From assembly GCA_944389945.1 (NCBI GenBank), contig CALXOF010000012.1, positions 1,261 through 65,260 on the forward strand: 64,000 nucleotides of DNA, in the 5' to 3' direction. The DNA comes from an uncultured Kiritimatiellota bacterium. Its GTDB lineage: Bacteria; Verrucomicrobiota; Kiritimatiellia; RFP12; DVOR01. The translations under genes and the position numbers were made by a program. The notes under the pieces were generated by a model. The model searched no databases. It was not told the origin of the DNA and saw only the letters and a program-made list of their open reading frames with translations. Positions 42,032 through 51,840 of the stretch are shown here, piece by piece. Each line of letters begins with the position of its first letter. Position 1 is the first letter of the stretch.

Positions 42032-43120
42032 ATGATGCCAATCAATCTTTTTTGTTCGTTGCTGGCGATTCTGGTGACGCTGGGGCCGGTGGCCAAGTTG
42101 GGACTGCCGCGCTGGGCGGTGGCGCTCGTGGGACTGGCCTTGGTGGCGTTGGCCCAGCAGGTCATCGTCCATCGGATTTTCCGGGCCTCGGTGATGTCTC
42201 CGGATGGAATGCCCATTTGGTTGGAAGCAGTGCTTCTGTGGGGCACGGCATTTCTACTTGCAACCGGGGCGCTGACAATCCTTTGGTGGGTGGCGCAGTG
42301 GTGCCACTTGGCGATCCCCGGCTGGGTGCCGCTCGCGATTGGCACGGCGCTGGCCTTCACCTTCCTCTATCTGGGGGAACGTCTGCCGCCGGTGAAGGAA
42401 CGCGAGGCCGTCCTACCCGATTTGCCGGCGGAGGCCGAGGGCTTACGCGTAGCCGTCTTGGCCGACGTGCACATCGATGCCTGGCGCGGACGTGAGTGGT
42501 GCGAGCGGTTGGTGGCGCGCGTGAACGCGGCCAAACCGGACCTCATCCTCTTCACGGGTGACCAAGCGGACGGGCCGCTGGCCCTGCGCCGTGAAGACAT
42601 TGCCCCACTGACGAAGTTGGAGGCGCCGCTCGGCAAGTTCCTCATCTCCGGTAACCACGAGCATTACTTCGATACCGAGGCCTATCTGAAGGAATACGAG
42701 CGACTGGGCATCACCATCCTAGAGGGGCGCGCGCAAGAGGTCGCCGGCCTGTGGTTAGTGGGTCTGCCGGATGGGCGCTCCCTCACCCGAGCCGAGGTGG
42801 CCGAGCGGCAACTGCGCGAATTGATGGCGCAAGCGCCCGAAGGGGCCTTCCCCGTGCTCTTGGTGCATAAGCCCGGAATTGCGACGGAGGCCGATGAACT
42901 GGGCGTGAAACTGCAACTCTCCGGCCACACACACGGCGGACAGTTGCCCGGCGTGGCAAGCCTCATCGCCCACTACAACCATGGTTTCGTCCATGGATGG
43001 TATGACCTGCCCCATGGCATGCGCCTCTTTGTCGCACCCGGCACCGGCGTCTGGCTGGGCTTCCCCTACCGTCTCTATCCCTCCGAAATCACCCTGCTCA
43101 CCCTGCGCCGCGGCGCGTAA
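42032..43120 (+). CDS. Membrane-bound metallophosphoesterase (YkuE-like)
   Basis: DVH, GD, GNHE, SGHTHGGQ; N-terminal TM helices. Confidence 0.88.
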   Translation: MMPINLFCSLLAILVTLGPVAKLGLPRWAVALVGLALVALAQQVIVHRIFRASVMSPDGMPIWLEAVLLWGTAFLLATGALTILWWVAQWCHLAIPGWVPLAIGTALAFTFLYLGERLPPVKEREAVLPDLPAEAEGLRVAVLADVHIDAWRGREWCERLVARVNAAKPDLILFTGDQADGPLALRREDIAPLTKLEAPLGKFLISGNHEHYFDTEAYLKEYERLGITILEGRAQEVAGLWLVGLPDGRSLTRAEVAERQLRELMAQAPEGAFPVLLVHKPGIATEADELGVKLQLSGHTHGGQLPGVASLIAHYNHGFVHGWYDLPHGMRLFVAPGTGVWLGFPYRLYPSEITLLTLRRGA

Positions 43121-43129
43121 CCACCGGCG

Positions 43130-43534
43130 TCATTCCATGGGGACGGCGCGGCGGGCGGCCTTCTTGGCGGCGTGCTTGGATTTGTCGTCGAGCATACGGG
43201 CCTTTTGACGGCGGGAACGGCGGCGCTTCTGTCGGCGAACCTTCTCGCGTTCCTGCTGACGGGCGGAACGCTCGCCGTCGCGGACTTCCAGGATGCGTTC
43301 GGCGAGGGCGCGACGGGCCAACCAGCGGTTGTCCTCCCGAGACCGCGAGGCCTGCACCTTGACGCAAAGCCCGGAGGGCACATGCGTCAGGCGAACGGCG
43401 GAGGAGGTTTTGTTGATTTTCTGTCCGCCCGAACCGGAGCCCAAGACAAACTGCTCGCGCAAGTCGGCCTCGGCCACTCCCGCACGCTTCATGAGGGCTT
43501 GGATGGCTTCGATGGTGCTTGGCGCGAGGGGCAT
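43130..43534 (-). CDS. Release-factor-like peptidyl-tRNA hydrolase (ArfB/YaeJ-like)
   Basis: SGGQKINKT GGQ motif; basic C-terminal tail. Confidence 0.85.
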   Translation of the reverse strand: MPLAPSTIEAIQALMKRAGVAEADLREQFVLGSGSGGQKINKTSSAVRLTHVPSGLCVKVQASRSREDNRWLARRALAERILEVRDGERSARQQEREKVRRQKRRRSRRQKARMLDDKSKHAAKKAARRAVPME

Positions 43535-43620
43535 GGCTGACGAAAGGGTGTGCTTCTAAAAGGTCGGCGCCCCGAAGGGCGCCTTATTTTACAACGCCAG
43601 ATGATAGGAGGTCAGACCGC

Positions 43621-44937
43621 TCACAGGCCCTGACGCATACGCTTGGTGGTGCGGACGGCGCAGAAGGCCTTGCCGCACATCGAGCAGTGGTCGTCCTTGG
43701 CGTCGGCGCCGTTCTCGGCGCGCGTGCGGAGCCAACGTTCGCGGGCGGCGCAGGGGTCGATGGCGAGGTCGAACTGGGCGTTCCAGTCGAAGTCGTAGCG
43801 GGCCTGGGCCATCTTGTCGTCGCGCTCACGCGCACCGGGGAGACCGCGGGCGACGTCGCCGGCATGGGCGGCGATGAGGTAGGCCACGCACCCCTGGTGC
43901 ACCTCGTTGGCGTCGGGGAGGCCGAGGTGCTCGGCGGGCGTGACATAACACAGGAGGCTGGCGCCGTAGGTGGCGGCGGCGGTGGCGCCGATGGCCGAGA
44001 CGATGTGGTCATAGGCCGGGGCAATGTCGGTGACGACGGGGCCGAGGACATAGAAGGGCGCGCCGTCGCAGAGTTCCTGCTCGCGCTCCATGTTCATCTG
44101 GACCTCGTTGAAGGGGATGTGGCCGGGGCCTTCGACCATGGCCTGCACGCCGCGCTCGCGGCAACGGCGGACGAGTTCGCCCAGGACGGAGAGTTCGGCG
44201 AACTGCGCGGCGTCGCTGGCATCGGCCAGGCAACCAGGGCGGAGGCCGTCGCCGAGGGAGACGGTGACGTCATGCTCGGCGAGGATGTCCATCACCTCGT
44301 CCCAGTGGGTGTAGAGGGGGTTCTCGGCGTCGTGGTTGCGCATCCACTCGGCCATGATGGCGCCGCCGCGGGAGACAATGCCCATCTTGCGGCCATCGGT
44401 GAGCGGCAGGTGCTTGCGCAGAAGACCGGCGTGGAGCGTCATGAAGTCGACACCCTGCTCGGCCTGTTCGCGGATGACCTCGAGAAGGTAAGCCGGGTCC
44501 ATCACGGGGATGTCGCCGTCGAGGCGGGAGATGGTCTCGTAAATCGGCACGGTGCCGAGGGGCGCGGGGGAATGGTCGAGCATGCCCTGGCGGATGTCGC
44601 GGAGCTCGGCGCGGATTTCCTCAGCGCCCTTGCCCGTACCAACAGAGAGGTCCATAACGAACTGGGCGCCCGCGTCGAGGGCCACCTGGAGCTTGACGAG
44701 TTCATCGCCCTTGCCCGAACGCGTGGGGGAGCGGCCCAGGTTCGCGTTGATCTTGGTGGAAAAGAGTCGGCCGACGCCGGTGGGCTTGACGCCCTTGTGG
44801 GCGGGATTGAGCGGAATGACGGCATGGCCCGCGGCGACGGCCTCGCGCACGGCCTCGGGCGTCACGCGCTCTTCGGCGGCGACGGCGCGCATGGCCTCGG
44901 TGATGATTCCTTGACGGGCGGCTTGCAACTGTGTCAT
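43621..44937 (-). CDS. thiC: Phosphomethylpyrimidine synthase
   Basis: KINANLG, GTVPIY, VSRGG, SLGDGLRPG, EGPGH, CSMCG..C. Confidence 0.9.
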   Translation of the reverse strand: MTQLQAARQGIITEAMRAVAAEERVTPEAVREAVAAGHAVIPLNPAHKGVKPTGVGRLFSTKINANLGRSPTRSGKGDELVKLQVALDAGAQFVMDLSVGTGKGAEEIRAELRDIRQGMLDHSPAPLGTVPIYETISRLDGDIPVMDPAYLLEVIREQAEQGVDFMTLHAGLLRKHLPLTDGRKMGIVSRGGAIMAEWMRNHDAENPLYTHWDEVMDILAEHDVTVSLGDGLRPGCLADASDAAQFAELSVLGELVRRCRERGVQAMVEGPGHIPFNEVQMNMEREQELCDGAPFYVLGPVVTDIAPAYDHIVSAIGATAAATYGASLLCYVTPAEHLGLPDANEVHQGCVAYLIAAHAGDVARGLPGARERDDKMAQARYDFDWNAQFDLAIDPCAARERWLRTRAENGADAKDDHCSMCGKAFCAVRTTKRMRQGL

Positions 44938-44960
44938 GGCGGTCCTTTCTTCGCTGAACG

Positions 44961-44992
44961 CGCATAGTATAGCAAATGTGGTATACTGTGCG
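44961..44992. promoter_or_regulatory. Dyad-symmetric divergent promoter between thiC and argG
   Basis: cgcatagtatagca-aatg-tggtatactgtgcg; TGnTATACT on both strands. Confidence 0.55.
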
Positions 44993-45023
44993 GCGATTTC
45001 AACCCTGAATGGAGTGATTGACA

Positions 45024-46265
45024 ATGGCAATGGTTTTGGATGACCTCAAAGGCATGGTTGCCGGCACGTGCGTTTCCGGCGGCCTCGACTCGCGCACCAT
45101 CGCGAAGGTGATGATGGAAGCCGGCGTGAAGGTGATCGGCTTCACCGGCGGCATCGGCCAGCCCGATGAAAAGGACATCAACGACGTGGCCAAGCGCATG
45201 GCGCCCACCGGCATCGAGACCGTCATCGTCGACCTGCGCAACGAAATGGCCGACGCGTGCCTCGAGGCCATCAAGTGCCAGGCGATGTACGACGGCGGCT
45301 ACTGGAACTCCACCGGCATCGGCCGCGCCGTCACCATCAAGGGCCTCATCCCCGAGATGAAGAAGCGCGGCGTCCAGGTCCTCGTCCACGGCGCCACCGG
45401 CCGCGGCAACGACCAGATGCGCATCGAGCGCTACACCAACGTCTTCGCCCCCGAGATGAAGGTCTACTCCCCCTGGCGCGACGCCGGCCTCCTCAAGAAG
45501 TTCCCCGGCCGCACCCAGATGGTCGACTACCTCGCCCAGTTCGGCATCGTCGCCTTCGCCGGCGGCAAGAAGAAATACTCCACCGACGCCAACATGGCCG
45601 GCCTCTCCCACGAAGCCGAGGACCTCGAGAGCATGGAGACCTCCATGACCATCGTCGAGCCCACCATGGGCGTCTGGCCCTGGCAGGCCCCCGACAAGCC
45701 CGAGCAGATCACCATCCGCTTCTCCAAGGGCCGCCCCGTCCAGATCAACGGCAAGGACGTCACCCCCCTCGAAGCCATGATGCTCGCCAACGAAATCGGC
45801 GGCCGCAACGGCATCGGCATGAAGCACGCCCTCGAAAACCGCATCATCGGCACCAAGAGCCGCGGCGTTTACGAGGCCCCCGGCATGGAGCTCCTCGGCT
45901 CCGCCATCCGCTACGTCTACCAGGCCACGATGGACCGCCGCGCCACCCTCTTCTTCATGCAGCTCTCCAAGCTCATCTCCGACCAGATCTACGACGGCCG
46001 CTACTACGACCCCACCACCGTCGCCGCCCGCAACGCGGTCGACACCCTCGCGCAGTACGCCGACGGCACCGTCAAGCTGAGCCTCTACAAGGGCAACATC
46101 CTCTTCGACGCCCTCACCGACTGCCCCCACACCATCTACAACGAAGCCGACTCCTCCATGGAGGCCTCCGACGGCGTCAACCCCGTCTCCTCCCAAGGCT
46201 TCGCCGAGATCCAGTCCGTCGAGGCCCGCATGCTCGCCCTCTCCGGACAAATCGCCGGCAAGTGA
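45024..46265 (+). CDS. argG: Argininosuccinate synthase
   Basis: SGGLDS, HGATGRGNDQ, ENRIIGTKSRGVYEAPG. Confidence 0.95.
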   Translation: MAMVLDDLKGMVAGTCVSGGLDSRTIAKVMMEAGVKVIGFTGGIGQPDEKDINDVAKRMAPTGIETVIVDLRNEMADACLEAIKCQAMYDGGYWNSTGIGRAVTIKGLIPEMKKRGVQVLVHGATGRGNDQMRIERYTNVFAPEMKVYSPWRDAGLLKKFPGRTQMVDYLAQFGIVAFAGGKKKYSTDANMAGLSHEAEDLESMETSMTIVEPTMGVWPWQAPDKPEQITIRFSKGRPVQINGKDVTPLEAMMLANEIGGRNGIGMKHALENRIIGTKSRGVYEAPGMELLGSAIRYVYQATMDRRATLFFMQLSKLISDQIYDGRYYDPTTVAARNAVDTLAQYADGTVKLSLYKGNILFDALTDCPHTIYNEADSSMEASDGVNPVSSQGFAEIQSVEARMLALSGQIAGK

Positions 46266-46281
46266 GTCTGCCCCGCGTTAT

Positions 46282-46316
46282 AAAAAGCCCCGAGCCCTCC
46301 GGCCCGGGGCTTTTTC
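46282..46316 (+). terminator. Intrinsic terminator
   Basis: aaaagccccg..cggggctttttt. Confidence 0.85.
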
Positions 46317-46318
46317 GT

Positions 46319-46484
46319 CAATACTGTCCGGCAGATTGAAATCACAGCATGGCACAACGGACGTAAGGAAGGGTTCGTTGAGGGACTCTAAGGGACTCTT
46401 TCTGGCCCCTTAAGGGTTTCGGGTCGAGACCCTATAGTGGTCCGAGGTCAACCACTATAGTGGTCCAGGAAGACCCCTTTAGGG
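46319..46484. repeat. Solo MITE end plus 23-bp-periodic palindrome array (copy 3)
   Basis: caatactgtccgg at 46319; CTTAAG 46409, CTATAG 46432 and 46455. Confidence 0.85.
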
Positions 46485-46611
46485 ATGTCTCACGGGGGGC
46501 TTCGCCACGGACCGCACAAGACTATCTTCGCGAAAGACCTCCCCGAATAGCAGTGGTGTGTCATCCTGTATCCTCTTGGAGTCTCCAGTGCACAGCGACG
46601 ATCCGCCGTAT

Positions 46612-46638
46612 TTGACAAAGGAAGGGATGTGCTATAAT
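46612..46638 (+). promoter_or_regulatory. Sigma70-like promoter
   Basis: TTGACA-15-TATAAT with extended TG; spacing is short. Confidence 0.55.
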
Positions 46639-46663
46639 GCAGGGAAAGATGAAAGGGACGCAT

Positions 46664-49600
46664 ATGAAGCGAAACGTTTTTGGGGCCGTTCGGATGTTGG
46701 CCCTTGTGGCGGCGTTGGTTGCCGCCGGTTGGGTGGGCGCGGCCATGCCGCCGATGCCGGAGCGCACGCAGGCCGAAATGGCGAACACCCGCGAAGAAGC
46801 CTTGAAACAGGCGGCGACGGCCACGCGGGCCATCGCGCCGAACGCAAACACGCTCACATTGGCGGAGACCGAGTGGGCGGAATACCAGGCCGACGGCACG
46901 GACATCTCGTGGATCGATTTCTGGGTGAAGGCGCTGACCGACCAGGGCGCGCAGGAGTTGCGCGTGATGCCCCTGTGGTTCAAGGAGGGCTACTCCGAGG
47001 CCGAGTTCATCCAGGCGGAGGTTGTCCGCGCGGATGGCACGATCGAGCCCATTGACCTCGCGGCGAACGTGGCCATCGCCACGAGCAACGACAGCACCGA
47101 CGCGAACATCTATGACCCCAAGGCCAAGCGCGTGGTGCTGACGGTGCCGAAAGTCGCCGTGGGCGACACGTTGCACGTGATTGCGGCCTTCCGCACGGTG
47201 CGCCCGCGCATCCCAGACACCTATTACACGCGAAGCGTCTTTGAGAGCTTCGACGGCCCCGTCCCCTACTCCACGCTCACCGTGGTGGCGCCCAAGGAGT
47301 TGCCCCTGCGCAGCAAGGCCCTGCTGGACGAGGTGCCCGGCACGGTCACGAGCAGCAGCGAAACCCTCGCCGATGGCCGCACGCTCCACCGCTGGGTGGC
47401 GCGCAATGTGCCGCAGAGCTTCCCCGAAGAGAAGATGCCCTCGCCCGAGATCCTCCTCCAACGCGTCGGCCTCTCCACCTTCGCCACCTGGGAAGAGGTC
47501 TCCAAGTGGTACTGGGGCCTCTGCAACCGCCACATGGCGACCACCCCCGCCATCGACGCCAAGGTGCGCGAGCTGACCCAGGGTAAGGACCGCGACGCGC
47601 AGATTGAGGCGCTCTTCGCCTTCGTCGCCCAGGAGGTCCGCTACATGGGCATCATCGCCGAGGAAGAGGCCCCCGGCTTCGAACCCCACGATGTCTCCCT
47701 GACCTTCGACAACCGCTACGGCGTCTGCCGCGACAAGGGCGTGCTCCTGGTCGCCATGCTCCGCAAGGCCGGCTTCGACGCCTATCCCGTCATCATCCAC
47801 GCCGGTAGCCCCCGCGACAAGGAGGTGCCGATGCCCTTCTTCAACCACGCCATCGTGGCCATTGACGAGGGCAACCGCTCCTATCGCCTGTTGGACCCGA
47901 CCGACGACACCGCCCGCGCCGAGCTCCCGGCCTATCTCTCCGTTTGCTCTTACCTCGTGGCGCGCCCGGACGGCGAGACCCTGCTGGAGACCCCCGTCCC
48001 CTCCCCCGAAAAGAACATGGTGGAAATCGAGACCGTCGGCGAGCTTGACGCCGCCGGCACGCTCCAGCTCACCTCCACCCTCCACATCGGCGGCGTGAAC
48101 GACAACGTCTATCGCCCCCTCTTCGTCCGCTCCCAGCCCGACCGCGTGCGCGACGTCTTCGACGGCCTCATGAAGCGCGTGGCCGCCGGCGCCGAGCTCA
48201 CCTCCATCGAAGTCTCCCCGAAGGACGCCTCGGACATCTCCCAGCCGCTCACCGTCACCGTGCGCGCCCGCGTGCCGAAGTTCGGCGTGCCCGACGCCCA
48301 GGGCCACACCCTCGTCCGTCTGCCCTTCGTCAGCCGCGTCGCCGGCATGGTCAACTTCCTCTTCGACGGCCTCGAGCAGCCCACCCGCACCTACGATTGG
48401 GTCATCGAGTCGCCCTGCGGCGTCCGTGAGACCCTCTCCCTCCGCGGCATTGGCACGCTCGGTCAGCCCGAGCTCCTCCCCGACGACCCCATCCTGAAAT
48501 CCAACGGCGCCTCCTACGACATCGTCTGCCGCCGCGCCGAGAACGGCGACCTCACCCTCACCCGCGAGCTCGTCCTCTCCCGCAAGATCTACTCCCCCGA
48601 AGACTACCGCGCCCTCCGCCGCTTCGCCGAGCGCATGGACCGCATTGAGGCCCTCCGCCCGCTCTTCATCAAGCCCGCCGTCCAAGACGTTGACGCCGAG
48701 GTTCTCCTGGCCGACAACAGCGTGACCCTCGCCCCCGACGGCACCGTCACCCAGCGCCAGGCCTCCGACACCCGCGTCCTCACCTTCCAGGGCAAGCGCG
48801 ACCTCGGCGAGGCCGCCTTCACCTACAACCCTGACATCCAGACGCTCACCCTCAACGACATCGTCGTCACCACCGCCTCCGGCGACCGCGTCCCCTTGAA
48901 CGAAAAGGAGATTTCGGAGCTGGACGTCGATGGCGCTGCGCTGTCTCCCCGCTACCCGGCCTTCCGCCAGACGATCCTCTCCCTCCCCGCCGTCGATGTC
49001 GGCGCTACCATCCACCTCGACACCTCCACCGTGACCGCCGCCGACGCGAGTGCGCCCTTCTGCGGCACCACCGTCTTCGGCGCGGGCGCCTATCCCACCC
49101 GCGAGGAGCGCTACACCATCACCGTCCCCGCGGCCCTCGATGGTTCGCTCCGCATCGCCGAGCGCAACTTCGACGGCGTCAACGTCACCCGCACCGTCAC
49201 CTCCGAGGGCGGCATGGTCACCCGCACGTGGGTCGTCCGCGACCTTCCCGCCATCCGCCCCGAGCCCGACACCCCCGCCGCGGTCTTCACCCGCCCCACC
49301 CTCTACTTCGCCCTGGACGCCGCCGCCCCTGGCACTGCCCTCGCGCCCCTCTTCGCAAAGGCCGAGGCCCTGCTGGACGACCTGCCTGAGAGCGTCGAGG
49401 CACTCGCCGAGACCCTCTCCGAGGACCTTGACGACGAAGACCTTGATGGCCGCCTCCGCGCCGTGCAGACCTATCTCGCCCGCAACGTCCGCGCCGTCGG
49501 TCCCGCCTGGTCCTCCCTCCGTTGGGGCACCATGACCCCGCCCGGCGTCACCCTCGCCGAAGGTTACGGCAACCGCCTCGACCGCACCCTTCTGCGCCTG

Positions 49601-50515
49601 GCCCTCCTCCAAGAGATGGACGTCGAGGCCACCCTCGCCTTCGCCTGCTGGGAGGACGATGAATCCGTCGCCGACTTCGGCGAGGCCCTCGCCTTCACGG
49701 AAATCCCCCGCTGGCCCAACTGGGTCTCCCCCTACATCCTCCTGCCCGATGGCCGCGTTATCGGCGATGAAGGTGAGTTTGACGAGCCCGGCGCCGCCGC
49801 CATCTCGTCTCGCCCGCTCCTCACCGCCCAGGGCACCGTCCCCTACGTCCAGAACGAGGCGCTCCGCTCCCGCGTCGAATCCTCCATCCGCGTGATCGTC
49901 CAGCCCAACGGCGACGCCTCCTTCTCGCGCGACGACTACAGCTGGGGCCTCGCCGCCGGCCAGGTCCGCAAGACCGACCGCGACCTCACCCCCGAGCTCC
50001 GCCGCCGCGCCATCGCCGCCATTGCCGAGAGCTTCGCCTCCGGCGCCACACCCTCCAGCCAATACCTCGTGGATGTCGACGCCTATCCCACCCGCCAGGC
50101 CCTCTCCGCCGAGGCCAAGGCCTATGCCCAGCGCCGCGACCGCCTCCTCAGCATCCCCGTTCCCGCCCTCGTCGGTCAGGTCTACGGCCTGCGCGGCGTC
50201 TCCCGCGAGAACCCCATCTGGCAGGGCCGCGTCGACAATGCTCGCAACAAGGTCGACCTGTGGCTTCCCCCGGGTAGCGAGATTATCTCCAAGCCCGAGC
50301 CCTTCGTCTACGCCATCCCCGGCGGCGGCACCTACACCCTCACCTGCACCGTCACCCCCGCCACCGCGAAGGACTGGGGCCGCGTCACCTACGTCGCCGA
50401 GTGCAACATCCGGGCCACCATCCTCGATGCTTGGCAGTTCCCTGCCCTCATCGAGCTGGACCGCCGCCTCTCCGCCCCCACCATGCGCACCCTCATCATC
50501 CGCCTCCCCGAATAA
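46664..50515 (+). CDS. Secreted protein with two DUF3857 + transglutaminase-like modules
   Basis: RYGVCRDK, FFNHAI, LLDPT triad in module 1; module 2 lacks the Cys. Confidence 0.85.
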   Translation: MKRNVFGAVRMLALVAALVAAGWVGAAMPPMPERTQAEMANTREEALKQAATATRAIAPNANTLTLAETEWAEYQADGTDISWIDFWVKALTDQGAQELRVMPLWFKEGYSEAEFIQAEVVRADGTIEPIDLAANVAIATSNDSTDANIYDPKAKRVVLTVPKVAVGDTLHVIAAFRTVRPRIPDTYYTRSVFESFDGPVPYSTLTVVAPKELPLRSKALLDEVPGTVTSSSETLADGRTLHRWVARNVPQSFPEEKMPSPEILLQRVGLSTFATWEEVSKWYWGLCNRHMATTPAIDAKVRELTQGKDRDAQIEALFAFVAQEVRYMGIIAEEEAPGFEPHDVSLTFDNRYGVCRDKGVLLVAMLRKAGFDAYPVIIHAGSPRDKEVPMPFFNHAIVAIDEGNRSYRLLDPTDDTARAELPAYLSVCSYLVARPDGETLLETPVPSPEKNMVEIETVGELDAAGTLQLTSTLHIGGVNDNVYRPLFVRSQPDRVRDVFDGLMKRVAAGAELTSIEVSPKDASDISQPLTVTVRARVPKFGVPDAQGHTLVRLPFVSRVAGMVNFLFDGLEQPTRTYDWVIESPCGVRETLSLRGIGTLGQPELLPDDPILKSNGASYDIVCRRAENGDLTLTRELVLSRKIYSPEDYRALRRFAERMDRIEALRPLFIKPAVQDVDAEVLLADNSVTLAPDGTVTQRQASDTRVLTFQGKRDLGEAAFTYNPDIQTLTLNDIVVTTASGDRVPLNEKEISELDVDGAALSPRYPAFRQTILSLPAVDVGATIHLDTSTVTAADASAPFCGTTVFGAGAYPTREERYTITVPAALDGSLRIAERNFDGVNVTRTVTSEGGMVTRTWVVRDLPAIRPEPDTPAAVFTRPTLYFALDAAAPGTALAPLFAKAEALLDDLPESVEALAETLSEDLDDEDLDGRLRAVQTYLARNVRAVGPAWSSLRWGTMTPPGVTLAEGYGNRLDRTLLRLALLQEMDVEATLAFACWEDDESVADFGEALAFTEIPRWPNWVSPYILLPDGRVIGDEGEFDEPGAAAISSRPLLTAQGTVPYVQNEALRSRVESSIRVIVQPNGDASFSRDDYSWGLAAGQVRKTDRDLTPELRRRAIAAIAESFASGATPSSQYLVDVDAYPTRQALSAEAKAYAQRRDRLLSIPVPALVGQVYGLRGVSRENPIWQGRVDNARNKVDLWLPPGSEIISKPEPFVYAIPGGGTYTLTCTVTPATAKDWGRVTYVAECNIRATILDAWQFPALIELDRRLSAPTMRTLIIRLPE

Positions 50516-51574
50516 ATGACCGTACTCGGTATCGAAAGCTCCTGCGACGAGACCGCCGTCGCCGTCGTTCGTGACGGCGACGAGGTTCTCTCCTCCGTCG
50601 TCTACTCCCAGGTCCCCCTCCACCAACCCTATGGCGGCGTCGTCCCCGAGGTCGCCAGCCGCGCGCACGTCCAGAAGATTCGCGCCGTCGCCGAGGAAGC
50701 CCTTGCCCAGGCCTTCCCCGAAGACCCGGATCCCTGGGCCAAGGTCGACGCCATCGCCGCCACACGCGGCCCCGGCCTCGCCGCGGCCCTCCTCGTCGGC
50801 TGGACCTTCGCCAAAGGCCTGGCCCTCGCCCTCGGCAAGCCCCTCATCCCCGTCAACCACATGCACGCCCACCTCTGGTCCGTCCGCCTGGGACGGCCGG
50901 AGCTCCGCGGCGCCGACCTATGGCCCCAACTCGGCCTTGCCGTCAGCGGCGGCCACTCCGCCTTTGTCGATTCCCCCGCTCCGGGCGCCTTCCGCCTCCT
51001 CGGCCAGACCATCGACGATGCCGCCGGCGAAGCCCTCGACAAAGCCGCCAAGCTCCTCGGCCTCGGCTATCCCGGCGGCCCCGTCGTCGACCGCCTCGCC
51101 CGGACCGTCCCCCCCGAGGCCCGCCGCGCCATCCGCTTCCCGGAAGGCCGCGTCTCCGCCGACCACCCCCTCCCGCCCGGCTGGAGCCCCGAACTCTGCG
51201 TCTCCTTCAGCGGCCTCAAGACCGCCCTCCTCACCTACGTCCGGAAGCACCCCCCGCAGACCGAGACTGACGTCGCCACCATCTGCGCCAGCTACCAAGA
51301 AGCCGTCGTCGACGCCCTCGTCCGCCGCCTCACCCACGCCCTCAACGCCGGTGCCTACCGCTCCATCGCCGTCGGCGGCGGCGTCTCCCTCAACAGCCGC
51401 CTCCGCGAGGCCCTCGCCGACCTTGCACAAAAACGCGGCCTCACCCTCCTCCTCGCCCAGCCCAAGTACTGCGGCGACAATGCCGCCATGATTGCCGGCA
51501 TCGCCTCCGCCGGCCTCACCCACCCCGCCCCTGACGCCCTCTCCCAAGACGTCGACCCCTCTCTCCCCATCTGA
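50516..51574 (+). CDS. tsaD: tRNA threonylcarbamoyltransferase
   Basis: GIESSCDET, GGVVPEVASRAH, NHMHAH, SGGH, DDAAGE, DNAAMI. Confidence 0.95.
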   Translation: MTVLGIESSCDETAVAVVRDGDEVLSSVVYSQVPLHQPYGGVVPEVASRAHVQKIRAVAEEALAQAFPEDPDPWAKVDAIAATRGPGLAAALLVGWTFAKGLALALGKPLIPVNHMHAHLWSVRLGRPELRGADLWPQLGLAVSGGHSAFVDSPAPGAFRLLGQTIDDAAGEALDKAAKLLGLGYPGGPVVDRLARTVPPEARRAIRFPEGRVSADHPLPPGWSPELCVSFSGLKTALLTYVRKHPPQTETDVATICASYQEAVVDALVRRLTHALNAGAYRSIAVGGGVSLNSRLREALADLAQKRGLTLLLAQPKYCGDNAAMIAGIASAGLTHPAPDALSQDVDPSLPI

Positions 51575-51840
51575 GGGGCGGCGTTGCCGCCCCAGAGAAC
51601 AGAAAACAGAGAACGGAGAACAGAAACGCCCCTACGGGGCGACGGGCGAAGCCGGAACCAAACTTCCAATTACGCATCCTGCGTATTCCTTCGTGGTTCT
51701 TCGTGCTTCCTCATGTCAGTTCCGCAAGGCAAGCTTTCCACACTTTCCCACTACTTCGCCCGTCGCGCGCTTGCCGCGCGTTCTGTTCTCTGTTCTCCGT
51801 TCTCTGTTCTCTATGCTTCGGGGCGCGTCAGCGCCCCGAA
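51575..51840. repeat. Inverted pair of hairpin-heptamer-hairpin repeats
   Basis: 51575-51650 is the reverse-oriented counterpart of 51754-51840. Confidence 0.8.

Noticed and set aside
46490-50872. Long antisense ORFs (also 18989..21868, 27715..30030, 38480..41092, 33261..34751)
   Set aside because: Shadows of GC-rich genes with strong codon bias; no recognisable motifs.
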